Part shown: positions 27,839 through 41,044 of the stretch, one piece after another
Layout of the letters: each line of letters opens with the position of its first letter
Numbering within the stretch: position 1 is the stretch's first letter
NCBI GenBank assembly: GCA_050084985.1
Contig: JBITNC010000001.1
Coordinates: 171,368,001-171,432,000 of the forward strand
Source of the DNA: Nageia nagi
Lineage: Eukaryota; Plantae; Pinophyta
Direction: 5' to 3'
Length of the DNA: 64,000 bases
Notes under the pieces: model-generated
Told to the model about the DNA's origin: nothing
Database searches by the model: none
Seen by the model: only the letters and a program-made list of their open reading frames with translations
Position numbers and translations under genes: made by a program

Positions 27839-28820
27839 ATATAATGAAGCACTTGGGAACCACATTGGCTAAGTATTGCAAGCATGTGTTTACCAACTTA
27901 CCACTTCTGATTGGTTTTTAACACATAAAATTTATGAGTTAAACAATTGCTTTCCTTATTCAAGCCAATTTTTTTTATCATATGGTATATTTAAATAATT
28001 TCATATCACATCATATATTGCATTTAAATCATTTCATATCACATGGTCTATTTAGATATTTCAGCGGATTGTATAAATTTGTTGGAGGTTTCAAATAACA
28101 TATTTGATGCTTACATCACTTCATGAGGTTTCAAAATACTTAGATCATCTCATTTCATTTTTTCATATCATATACTATATTTAAATAATTTCATATCATA
28201 TGGTATAATTGCATCATATCATATCATATGGTGCACTTGGATCATTTCATATCATATGTTGCACTTACATCATTTTCATATCATATGATGTATTTAGGTA
28301 ATTTCATATCATATAGTGTATTTAGATCATTTCATATCATATGTTAATGTATTTAGATAATTTCATATCATATGGTGAAATTAATCATTTCATATCATAT
28401 GTTGGTGGATTTGGATCATTTCATATCATATGGTGTAGTTGGATCATTTCATATCCATGTACTAAGCCACTATAGAGGTGTCATTAGGTGTTATTTCGGG
28501 TTCCACCAATCTTGTACTAGGATGAGTAAGGTAAGAGACTAAATGGTGACTAGTTAGTTCCAATGGGTCATCCCACGAGAACCCAACGTCAATACTATGA
28601 TTGAGTTTGGAGGTGAACCTCAAGTAACAAAGGATGATGTAGCTTGGAAGCATTCTTCTAACATATTTTCTACAAAATACATGATGGAAGAATGCTTCCA
28701 AACTATGCTTATTTAAAAAAAAAAAAAAAATACTAAGAGGTAGTTTTAGATTACCCCCTTAAACACTAAGGTGGAGATTTCAAATAGTCACCTTATATTT
28801 TAAGGGGGTTTTTTATAGTC
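27835..28820 (+). repeat. Second copy of the CACTA 3' region, containing a ~28-bp minisatellite (28160-28455)
   Basis: 28035-28210 aligns with 20958-21120; 28400-28700 aligns with 22560-22830; 27835-27908 is a partial 240-bp unit. Unit 'tatcatatggtgtatttagatcatttca' is repeated about 10 times. Confidence 0.8.
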
Positions 28821-30751
28821 ATTATATATGCCTAAAAATGAATTATTATTTATTAAATAATTCATTTTATAACATAAAAAAAAATATTTATTGTAAAGAG
28901 ATGTCAAATATCAAAAGAGACACTACAAACAATATAATGTGTAATGATCCCAATAATCAAAAAGGATCAAAATGTTGCTATAAAATAATATCAAAGGCAA
29001 CATAAAGAATATCGATAAATATCAGTGAAGATCCTAAGAGGAGGAGATATTAGACTAGGCAATATCATTTTACTTGACCAACAAAGGTGTTCCATAACAC
29101 CACATCTTCATTGATTTACAACACCCTTCATCTTATTCTGCATACTTCAAGTTATGTGCATGGATCTACTTCATTAAGGTCATTAATGGCATGCATTACG
29201 CATGGTATGTCATCATGTTTGAAGTTAGATCTACAATACTCTTTGTCTTGTTCTACACACTTCAATTTGTATGCATAAATCTACTTCATTTAGGATGTTA
29301 ATGGTGTGCATTTCTTATAATTATTTATCATGTTTGATGTATGATTCATGTTATTTCATAATGATGTAGATTTGGTGAAGGTACCTCATTTATCATGTTC
29401 CTTTATTGACATATTTCTAATATATGCTTCGATATTATATTATGGAGAAATAATGCTTTGATTTATCATTTATGCATTATTTTTAGTCTACAATCACCTT
29501 GATAAGAACTTAAGTGAGTTTATGAGACCATACACAGGTGGTTATGAACCATCATCATAGATTTCAAACTTCTAGCGAAATTGGCTTAGATGTTAGGCAA
29601 ATAATCATCAGTAAAGTATTTTGGCAAGGGTTTAAAACTTCCTTCAAAGGCTTTTTTAGTTTAATGGCATAATTATTTTGAATTATTTGATCTATTGGCA
29701 TATAAGTAGCTACCGATTTCAATAAATGGATTTCACCTCTAATTGTATTGCATGCTTTAATATCACAAAGAATTTTTTCTAAAGAGTGTACATAAATTAA
29801 TCATTGTATTACCACATGTTTACGTATATAGCTATAGATATTTACATTGAGGTGACTTACATAGGTGATAGTTTTCAAGGATGAATCATTCTAACAAGTA
29901 ATTCGTATCCTCACATGCAAAGATCATTAAAAAGGTGATCTCCCTAGCACTACAAATATCAATATGGCATATTTTGAATTCTTGAAATTTGTGCCAAGCA
30001 TGTGACTTATTGCTTATATATTAAAGTTACTCATTTTACTTATAAGCTTGGGGGATTCACTTAATAGAAATCCTTCAAAACATATGTGAGTATGGGTTTC
30101 TTAAAAAGAACCCTTTTTTAAAAAATGGATGCAACTATCCTCTAGCCAAATTCAACCACATACTTTGGGCGATTATTTTGTGAATCTTGGATTTTTATAC
30201 CTCAAATTAGCCAAAATCGATCAAGATGAATAAATTAGGGTCAAAGTAGCCAAATTCAAGCACCCATTACCAATCTGAGACTATTCCACTAGTTTCTAAT
30301 TGATTTTGTATGCAACCCCAAGATGATAAACACCCAAGGTATGTAATGAGTTTGGTTGGAGGATAGCCTTCCATTTTTAAAATTTACCACCTTCCCTTTA
30401 AATTTATTAAACCCTTCATGGTAAACCCATGTATAATAAATAATAACCTTTTTTAAAAACTTACCATTTGTATGAATTTTAAATACCCTTGTATAATCTT
30501 TTGTATGGATTTATCCCCTCCCCTTATAAAATATTTTATACGGATAGTTCAACTAGATATTAAAAATATACCCTGTATGTTCTCATATAGTATTTATTAT
30601 TTCCTAACAATGATTCCCTCAAGCTTATAAGCATAGAGCATTCAAGAGAACTTGAGAATCAACTATTTAGAGTTTAATGTTTTCAAGAGCATAAAGGAGT
30701 TTTAGAGAAGGGTTTATAGTATTTTTTGTAAGAGAACTATAATTGATAGAA

Positions 30752-32460
30752 ATGGTACCCAAGAAGGACCAAGAGAGAAAATACAAGGATCAAAAGAAAA
30801 AAAAGTAACCAACTAAAGAAGCAATCCCAAATGAGGATGGTACACAACACCAATTTAAATAAAAGAGAAAATCATAATATGTGGAGAGATGAGGATTTCA
30901 TATTGTTTGATATATGGATAGTATATATTAGTAATTGATGATTATTTATAAATAAATTTCCATGGAACACCAATTCTCAATTTAGGAATAACCTATTTTA
31001 AGTCTCATCTCTACTTCCCCTGCCTAAAACTAGTTAGAGCAATGGCCTACAAATTAGATAATTTCAAGATATATGGTCATAATGAAGATGGTAACTTTGT
31101 ATTCATAGATTTTTCCTCAGGCTATAAGTGAGTCATCCATAATACAACCTAAATGGATTACTAGTTGAGGTCGTAGAAGGATATATACAAAGGAGCGAAA
31201 TTGCTATGTTGATGAAGTTGCTCTTTCAATGTTTTTGAATCAAATGAATGATTTCCCTTAAAACATATTGGGAGATAAGCTCATCAAGCTCTCAAATTTT
31301 AAATATCATTATCATAAAGTTCTTAATGGAGCTATTTTATTCATTATGGGAGAAGATACATAAATATGGGTACCTCCATATGTGGTTTCAATGTCTGAGG
31401 AAAAAGTTGTAAAACAAAATTGATTTTAACTAAAACAACAAAAACATCATATCTTAGTTTCTCATATTAAACAAAGTTGGCTTATTCAAGTACTCATCTC
31501 TATAATTTTGGTTAGCATTATATCAAAATGCTAATCTATTCCTCAAAATTGAGTTAGATCTCAAAGAAAAATCCATAGATATACAAACTAAAGTATTAAG
31601 AAAGAGTTATGGCTATAATTATGATTTTATGGAATTTTTTTATGAGCTAGCATTCAAATCCCTTACCAAATGACAACCACTCCAACTATCTAATAATGCC
31701 AAGTTTAAGTTATAAACACTAAGAGCCCAAAAAGGTGATTTGTACTTCATGAAAAAAAATACAATCATTTTGAGATATAATTTTTCCAGTTATGCCTCTA
31801 ATTTTCCTAAGTATATTATGTATGAGGTATTTGCTTTAGAGTTTCCTCAGCAAACTAATTATATTGAATGTAAATATGGAGATGATACCAATAAAAAGAG
31901 GGTTATAGTATACCCTATACTATTTCCTTTGGTAACTATAGATGTACAAAGGCCTATAAAGAAAAAATAGAATACTTAGAGCATGAGTTTAAGATAGATT
32001 AAGTGGTTACCATTTGGGTATATTATGACCCTAATAGCATCATGAATTCTTTCATAAAGTCTAATAAACATGCTCCAAAGTTTAAGCCTAAGAGAAAAAG
32101 AAACTATAAAAGATATTCTAGATTATGCCATAGACCTTTTTGCAAAAGGAAAGATAACATTTTATCCTAAGAAAAGGGATTTTTCTCACATAACCAAAGA
32201 TTACTCCTTTTCCAAGGCATTTTTGAAAGACATAGAGGGATAGGGAAAATAGAAAATATATTGGTTTGTTAGTTTTTCTACGAGGCATATAATACCATAA
32301 TAGGTTGGGTAATTATAAAATTTCCAAATTTTGAGCATGATCAATAATGGGATGAAGAATATGATAAAGATCCATATCACAAATTTGAAGAATAATAAAG
32401 TGAAGAAATGGAAGAAGTTGATCCCCAACACTTCAATGGAAAAGTTCCACAAATTTTAAT
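30752..32460 (+). pseudogene. Heavily decayed long ORF of unknown function, probably a retroelement accessory ORF
   Basis: Protein-like segments across broken frames: FPCLKLVRAMAYK, FKYSSL*FWLALYQN, FPKYIMYEVFALEFPQQ (ORF 31740-31970), YYDPNSIMNSF, then an acidic tail. Confidence 0.45.
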
Positions 32461-35400
32461 AAAGCAACTTAGTCCTAGTTCCTCACAAGATCCTCAAAAT
32501 CCCATAATGCAATGAATTTCGTCTATTTCACAAGTTGAGCCTAGTTCATTACAAGACCCCTAGAATTATTGTATCCATATAAGAGCTCACCAAGCTCTTA
32601 AGGTTAGGAAAGAGGTTGTCACCACATGTAGAGGAGTAGCTCTACTTGAAGTAAAGAGACAAAGGATGATACACATAAATTATCTAATCTAAATATTCTT
32701 CCTCTTAAGCTATAACTATGCCTCCTTCCCCATCTGTATATGATGTAAATACTTCCCGATGTTTAAAAAGTTACTAGATAACCTATACAATCTTCTTCTA
32801 TAAATACCTCTCAATCTTGAGCTCATTCTCCACCTACTAAGCTTAACCTTATTTTCCTAGAAACTACATTAATATCTATTTATTATGAAGTTATAAACCT
32901 CTCATTCTTTCATTACCATTATGCAATATTCCCATACTATAAACCCTTCCAAGTGGAGTAATAGAGACCTATGCTTTTGATTCTTTAGGTATCCTAGGAA
33001 AAAATTCAAAAGGGACCTTTGGTGGTGATTTAATCAATAATATTGATGTTGATACCAACATTTGGTTAATAATATATAAGTAGTGGATAACCTTAGCAAT
33101 CCTAATAATGCTCAATATGGTTCAACTTCTCCTCCTTATGCCCAAGTGAAAACTTTCTCATGTGTTCCTCCTCTTGATAGTGACATATTTTTTTAAGATT
33201 GATATCATTCGTAAAGAAGAATTTTTTTGTTTCCTTAATCTCACATATAAAACACATCCTTGAAAAAGTCCCTAAAACTAAAGAACTAATGTCATCATCA
33301 ACATATACTTTTACATTTATTTTCTTAGGAAGAAAAAATATCCATTATTTTATTTTCAATCATCGAAAAACTCACATGGGTGTAACTAAACCTTATACTT
33401 TACATTAGCTTTAATTTTTCATCATATCAATCATAGGATATCAAAACTCCTGAGAAGTAGAAGAATAAGTAAAATCTTATGCTTTTGAATCTCCAAAAAT
33501 ATGATCCTCATCTTCAAAATCAAAATCACCAACTTCATTTACTACAAGTGGTATTTTCTTCAATTTTACATCCAATGTGTGTATTAAACAAATCCTAGAA
33601 TTCTCCTTCTACAAATGATGAGTATTTCCTTTCTTTTATTTTTTCCTCTTTGAAATTATTTTTCATTGGCTATATCACTATGCAATTGTCGTCTATATCA
33701 CTAAGATAGTTGAGAGTTGGAGATAAATGCTTCTACTTTAACCTCCTTTATGTTTTCCACTTTGTCTCAATGTTGCCTTCCTATGCTATCAAATTCTTTA
33801 ACTCTTTCACAATTATAGATGTTTGAAAATTTCATCTAGATGTATTTGGATGATTCACAAATAACATGCTTTTTTGGTGAGATAGGATGTGTATTTTTAA
33901 CAATTTCCTTATGTTTTCACTTGATCCATTGCATTTTTAATGATATCTCATAATCAACCAATTTTATTAAAAAATACATTTCCAAGTTCTAAGTGTCCAA
34001 GCCAAAGCTCACTTAACTCCACCTTAATTGCCTTCTAAGGTTTTCGATTTTCCATCACATGTTGGTATTGTGCAATTTCTATCAAATATTTCCTTAAACG
34101 TACTCTTGATCAATCATGTACTTTAAAATTGAAACCTATAAAGAACCAGAATACTCACTACTACTAAAACGAGGAATTTCAAAAAATTTCTTTAATTCTT
34201 GCGAAGTGAATAAGTTCATTTCATAGCATCGTTGAATATCTAGGATTCTTTACCTTATGCTGTAGACACAGATATCAACATGGTGTAATTCTCTATGAAA
34301 TAACCATTGTATGACCCAAGCTTTAGGATCCATGATAGATGGAAAGGGAAGGAACTTGACATCCTATCCAAACTCATTATCATACATGCTCCTCAGGTGT
34401 AAACTCCATGTTTTCACTTGGAGATTATTTATGAATAATCGTTCTTCCTCTTAAACTCATAAAGGATAAGAATCTAACCTAATACCAACAAGATTCAATC
34501 CTAGGACCTTCTTCGGCGGCACTTATAATAGAGGTAAGATAAAAACATACTAATTTAATGGTTTATGAGTTTAGGCTTGCCCCAAATGTATAAACCTAAT
34601 GGACATGAGGAGGAACAAAACTAATGCTACAGATACAAATGAGCTTTTATAAATGAAAAGGGAATTAACAAATAGAGTGGCATCAAACATCTTCCAATCA
34701 ATTTCAAAATAACCATATCACCCAATAGAGAGTAACAACCCATGCCAATAAGGAAAAAAACACCCAATGGATTCAACCCCACAGCCTACCAAAACTCCAC
34801 TCAAATTACCCATAATCAATCCCAAAAATACATGCAATAAGAAGGTATCTACACCATTAACTTAATTGGCAATGATCATTGGATTTAACAGTAACAAGTG
34901 ATTCAAAACTACATTTCAATCAAGGGTAGACAACAACACTTAATAGTATCATTCATACATTTAAATTATACAAAAGTCTATATCCATTAATCAACCATCG
35001 AGGTCAAACCATAGTTTCTACATTTATATAAATTATTCTTATAAATAAGAATTCAACATTAGTCGTTGCAATACTAGCATTCCCTTTTTACAAGAAAAAA
35101 CCCATACAATTTTAGGTAACAAATATATAGTTTCAGGTAAGTCCGAGCAGCTAAAAAATTCAACAAGTTTTACCAACAATAAAACATCATTTACAACTTT
35201 CTAACTACAAGTTTTACTTTCTCAAATATAAATTTTCAAGCCCCTCTACATATATAATATAAATCTAACAATCAAACATCAAACAAAATAACTAAGCAAC
35301 ATACTGGCTAAGGCCAATCTTCCATGGTAGCCCCATCAGCTTCTACCTATAACTCATGTAAACAATAGGGTTGAAAAAATTGTCTTAGTAGGGATCACCT

Positions 35401-37512
35401 TTACTTAAGCAATTAAAGATTGCTTAAGTAAATTGCCCCTTAATACACACACTGAAGCCACTATAATTCTAAACCAACAACACAACATAATCCATATTTA
35501 AGCCATACAATTCTAACTGCTAGAATACAAATGACATTGATTAACACTAGCCAAATTATAGAAAGCATTCAAATTTAGATTTAGCATTGAAAGAAGTTAA
35601 TCCATAACTATTAGATGCATAATTATTTATGTTAAGATACATATAAGAAGAATGCAACTTAACGAAACCATGCATAATCTTAATCCTTTGTGTACTCATG
35701 CAGTTGTCTTTAATAAACCATGAATAAAAATGCAACAAGAGAAGTTGATGCAGGGTTTAAGGTTCATGCAACAGAATAAGTGTTTTAAAACCCAACTAGT
35801 AAGAGAGGAAGAGGTAATATCTCTATCAAATGGAGAAGATTTTAGAAGGGTCAATGGCCTAGGGTTTTATCTCTTTAGGTTGCCTAGACCAATGATCATA
35901 TGTTGCATATTTGAGCTTGAAGGCCATTGACCTTGAGAAAATGCATTAATTTCCTATGCAACAACAATATTAAATACAAGTATCACCAAGAATTATCATA
36001 ACTTAATGAATTCATGAAATGCAGAGTCAACAAATTCATGATAATCAAACTAGTATACAAAACCCAAAACCCTAACTACTATCTTTAAGCCTTTTCAAAG
36101 ATACCCATCACACTCCAAACATAGCAAGACTCATAAACGACCAAAACAACACAAATAATTCAAAGACGCAAATCAAAAGCCTTTGCATCCAACAAACAAT
36201 TTAGTTGGCCAATAAAATTACTTAAGCAAAAGTGCAGACCCTACCAAGTCGATTAATATCATGAATTGATGCTCCTAACCTTAATAATTTGCAGATAGCC
36301 CAAAGTACTTGGTCAATGGCCCATCCAGACTAATATACCAATGAATCGCAATCTCCAAACATGCTCTGTCTCTTCCACCCGAGATGGTGAGCAAAACTCT
36401 ATTCACCAACCCATTTTCATGCCTCCCAAAATCAAAATTGATAGATACATCTTTAAACCGAAGCCCTCCATTATTGCTCGCCATAAAGTGGACTATAAGA
36501 GTATCACTTAAAACTACAATCTCGATGATTTTCCCATGGATTCCGTAGCTCAACTGGCCAATTGCATGCCAAAATGAGGCTGTAAACATGAATTAATGCC
36601 CATCATGAATCCACCTTCAAAAATGAGCACATTTACTCCTAGTTCATGCCAGGACGTCGACAACAAGATGGACAACATTCCTCCATCATTTCCCATGCTC
36701 GGCTTGTGAATCAGATTAGGGTTAAGGAATGTTCCATATGAAATATTTGGAAAGAATGTCTAAGATGTGAAGAGTTTATCAGGTAGCAAGGGAGAGAATG
36801 TTAGGTGTTTAAAGTTTAGAGGGGGTAGTCTAGGTATTAGTCGTTAGGTTTAGATTTTAGGTAAATAAAATACTAACTTAGATACTAACATAACATAATA
36901 TTAACCAAACTAACATTTAGAATAGGTTAGGAATTAAGTAATTAACACCTACTTTAATCACTAACCCTCATTAGGTTAGACCACTAACCTTTCAATAATC
37001 TTTAAAAATCGTAGGTTATATTAATGATAAAAACAAAGATCATGCAAGGGTGTAATATATATACACAATCTGAGATCTAAATGGATTGGAAGTTTGGGCT
37101 TGGTCCAAACTCTCAATCCTAGATCCACAACAATAGTTAACCTTAAGTACGGAAGCATGATGATTTGTCTACTCTCATGCAAAATAATGAAGTATGCAAA
37201 CAATCAGTAATGTAGGATCTCAATACACGCTAAGTACCCTTCATATTAATCATTAAAACAATGAAAATGCAAACCATACATGAATGTAAACATAGTATCT
37301 CACATGACTGCAACTTTAGAGGAGTGGTCCATCACATGTTCTTGTGCGATTTCTCTCAAATATTCCCTTAAACATACTCTTAATCAATCATGTGTTTTGA
37401 AATTGAAACCAAACTTCCTCTTAATATATTGCAACCCTTCATTTAATATTCTCAACTACATGTATTATTCCACACCTTTTACAAGATCTAAGTAAAGAAC
37501 ATTGAACACAAA

Positions 37513-37526
37513 CTTTCTTTCTTTCT

Positions 37527-37569
<43 letters not shown>
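37513..37569. repeat. Compound (CTTT)n(TA)n microsatellite
   Basis: Read directly from the sequence. Confidence 0.95.
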
Positions 37570-37571
<2 letters not shown>

Positions 37572-38646
37572 AAGCACAATAACTAGAAATGCTTGTGCAT
37601 TAAGGGGTGGGAATGGAAATTAAGAGCTTCCATGTGGATACCTTCACACCAACCCTCCAATGCCATGCAATATAAACAACCTAGCAAATTCACCACCAAT
37701 GTAACCCTCGAGTGAAGAGGCAGTCACTAAGTTTTAGCTTTGAGGGTATGAAGTCAACAACCCTAACCCCCCAAAACCAGTATCTAAAACCAACTTGAGA
37801 TTCCTCAAAACTTGTGCTCAAAGATGACAAAAAAAATTGTAAATCAAATTACTTTGTAGGGATTTAGTGAAAAAACATTGGAATTGGAGAGATGATTTTA
37901 TTTTGAATACAAAAATGCCACAAATCATCCAAAAAACACAATGTAAACTCTAGTTGAGATCGATGAAACATGACCCATCCGAAGATGAGAAACTACCAAA
38001 TTAGTGGGTTGAAATATCAAACCCCTTGATCACATGCAACCAAAACAAACACCACCATCAGTGCCCCACGAAGCCATCGATAGTGGAAAACCCATTCAGA
38101 ATTTCAGATGTAACGCTTTTGCCCACCCACCAAAAATAAAATAATAAGAAAATTATTGATGTCAAGATAATGTAAGGAGAAACATTTGAGAAAATTTATG
38201 TATAAACTTAATTTTGGAGATAAAAATAAACTTTTGAATTTAGAAAAAATAGGTACCCTCCTAAAATTCGTTAAATATTTTTAAAGCAGACTTTCAACAA
38301 TATCACTCTGACTATCCATCATCCTAAAATATCCAAATGTTTTCATGGAAATGAATTTAAAATAGTTGTTTAACATCCATATTGAGCCGGACTGGAAAGA
38401 TTGAAACTTTTACATGATTTGGAAGAATCCACATGAATAGGATTTTGGTATTTATCACTCTAATTATCCAGATAAATATGCAGTTTTTCGAATAATACTA
38501 ACACAGCAATACCGATTATTATAACATGAAAACCATGCAGCAAATCCTCTCCCTTTTTGTCTCCACATTTGCACTTGGAGATTTCGCGAAGTGACTGCAT
38601 CCCTTGAGTACATGTACAGCTTATGAAGCTGAGTGAAAACTTTGCC

Positions 38647-38910
38647 TTAACGGTCTACATAAGAATCATGTAATAATGTGATTGAACTACGAACAGTGCC
38701 ACTGCTTACAGAGGTGCTGAGCTGTGACTGACGCTTTGTAGATACCAAAGAAATGTTATCGTCTCCTTGCCATGTTCCCATTCCCTTCTCACATTGTTCA
38801 TACTTATCGTCTGTTTTAAATATGGGATGCATATAAGCATTAGCCAGGTATTCTTTGAGGTTGAGGCTTGGCTCTGTTACCCTTTCCAATGTGTCCTTCA
38901 CCATAGCCTC
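38647..38910 (-). CDS. CSC1: Terminal coding exon of a CSC1/OSCA1-like hyperosmolality-gated calcium-permeable channel (ERD4/TMEM63 family)
   Basis: After acceptor taatattcAG (38912-38911) the frame reads EAMVKDTLERVTEPSLNLKEYLANAYMHPIFK...LVSTKRQS to TAA at 38647. This matches the conserved OSCA1/CSC1 C-terminus EAMMKDTLERA.EPNLNLK.YL..AY.HP.FK...LV.TKR.S, and the frame is intact. Confidence 0.9.
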   Translation of the reverse strand, partial: EAMVKDTLERVTEPSLNLKEYLANAYMHPIFKTDDKYEQCEKGMGTWQGDDNISLVSTKRQSQLSTSVSSGTVRSSITLLHDSYVDR

Positions 38911-39975
38911 CTGAATATTATTGACACAAATGACACCAGGATATTATATACAATGGTCTTTCATCCAATCCCGTTAATATCAGCTATGTAAAAAATTGTT
39001 TGAACAGTTACATCCATCTCAATGGGCATAGACATTAGGAAGTACTGCTTTTAATAATCATATTCAGTTACAAAACTCAATGATATTAAGATTGGATATA
39101 TATACTTGCGCATGACATTAAGATTGCATAAGGCAGGAGACATTGGGATGATCTCCTCTCCTTTTGACTAATCCTTCCAATTAAAGTATGAAATTTGAGG
39201 CAATACTTCCTGCCAGAACATACAGCAAGAAGTCGAACAGTTACAGACAGGGCCATTGGATACAGCAGGTCAAACACAAAGGAGAGCCTGAAAGGAGGAA
39301 TAATGATAATTATTTCGCTGACAAATTGGAAATTACTTGGGGCATTAAGGTCTCCAAAAGGTTCGAGTTTTTTTTGTTTTTTGAGAATAAGCGAGTTACT
39401 TCTGCATAAAACAATTCCCTGGAATTAATTTAATGTTAATATCTGTTATGAAGAGACAGGTTAGTAAGAAGACTTCAGCATGGAGCAGCAAGTTATAATG
39501 GTGAAGACTTTTTGCCTTTCAAGGAACCATTTTCTGTGGCATCCTTAGGCAAGAAGTCTTCCGTGAAAACTGTGTAATAGTATAAATGGTCATTGAATAA
39601 TAAACATTATTGATTGGAGTAGGACAAATAATTGCTTGTATATATTATCTATCAATCCCTACGAAATAGTTTTCATTGGGAAGGTTTTATTGAGTGGATG
39701 ATTTTAATTTAGTGTCACAAAGTGACAGCTACAGTCGTCAACAGCAGAATTTTAATCATAGCATGGCTTTTTGTCTATTTAATGATCAGATGTCATTCAA
39801 CAAGGTTGGATGGGCTAGTCCTCATCCTTTGACAAATAAATGGAAGGAAGGTCAAATATTTAGGGAAGCTTAGAAAAAAAGTGTTCAAAACTATGTATCA
39901 TGAAAGTTATGCATTATTCCAGAAAAGATATACAGAACATAATGTAAAAAAGAGAGATTTATATGCAGCGCACAC

Positions 39976-40282
39976 AATAATTCCAAGATTAGCATACTAT
40001 CATACAGTTTCAGGTCAAGCAAAAATAATTGGCATCTGGAGAAACCTTGTAACTTTAATCTCTATATTGGCTTACTTGGTTGATGACTCACTGCAGATTT
40101 ACATACTGCAAAGTTCTTACAGCAAATATTAAGCTCATGTCTCTTCATTTTAGCATGAACAAAATAATTCCAAGATTAGCATACTATCATACAGTTTCAG
40201 GTCAAGCAAAAATACTTGGCATCTGGAGAAACCTTGCAACTTTAATCTCTATATTAAGCTCATGTCTCTTTATTTTAGCATG
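39976..40282. repeat. Local tandem duplication (93-bp and 32-bp blocks) in the putative intron
   Basis: 39976-40068 is nearly identical to 40163-40255 (2 mismatches); 40126-40157 matches 40251-40282. Confidence 0.95.
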
Positions 40283-41044
40283 GCTACTCAAGCGGCAGAA
40301 AACCACAGCCCATCAGTTCCATTTTGTAAGAAGAATATATGAAGCCCATCTTTTCACCAACTGGAAATGCTGACTAGTGTGAAAACCAGTAAGGATAAAA
40401 CAATGGTATTTTCAACTGCCTTTGCCTACATATTTTAGTTAATGCATCACTGTAGTCCATTAGAATAGCATAAGATATGTGCTTCTGAAGTCCATATTGG
40501 ATGATGAGTTTAGAAATAATGAAAGCCCAAAGACCTAGTGGTAAATAAGTGGGACTTCCCTAGAAAATCTCTTTTAAATCCTCAAGAGACATGTTAATCT
40601 ATTATATGCTATAATTAAGTAAGCCACCACATCCAAGTTTGGATGCAATCTACCCCAACAAATGATGCCAGGTTCAACTTCCAGTTGACTTTGATGCAAT
40701 AGGTACCCCTCAGTTGTGGCATCTAAGCCAAAGGCTACCCCTAATAAGGATTTACCAACCCCCCAAATTTAAGTTGTGGGAGCTAAATGCAATTTAACAA
40801 GGCACAGAATCTTATAAAGCTTCAGCAAGCTAAAAAGACTATAACAATAGTAGAATTTTGCAAAGAAGGAAACGTATAACTCCTCATCTTCTAGATAAGT
40901 TCTCTATATATCCTCTTGTCTATTTTGCAAATCATAATTGCTAGATCTTAATGTTAAAGTTTAACTATTAATCTATTTTCTGTAGTAGACATAAATATTT
41001 GCATTTATTTTAATACAATTTTCTTTATTTTGTGTCCACATTCA

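Noticed and set aside
21120-28460. Arrays as CRISPR-like repeats or DYW-domain coding sequence
   Set aside because: Head-to-tail diverged units with no unique spacers, eukaryotic context, and no HSE/DYW motifs found.
28930-30050. Possible additional solo LTR
   Set aside because: LTR-like composition, but no termini, TSD or PBS could be fixed.
33420-34060. Minus-strand decayed ORF as a pararetrovirus coat protein or gag
   Set aside because: No intact zinc knuckle or other diagnostic motif could be read.
35380-35440. Helitron 3' end at the 14-bp hairpin
   Set aside because: Hairpin is AT-rich and there is no correctly placed CTRR|T terminus.
34230-36720. LINE remnants, including ORF 36281-36589
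   Set aside because: Only a weak KLHVFTWRL hint near 34400; too degraded to call.
39086-39428. ORFs next to the CSC1 exon as a possible penultimate exon
   Set aside because: No resemblance to the conserved OSCA transmembrane segment in the frames examined.
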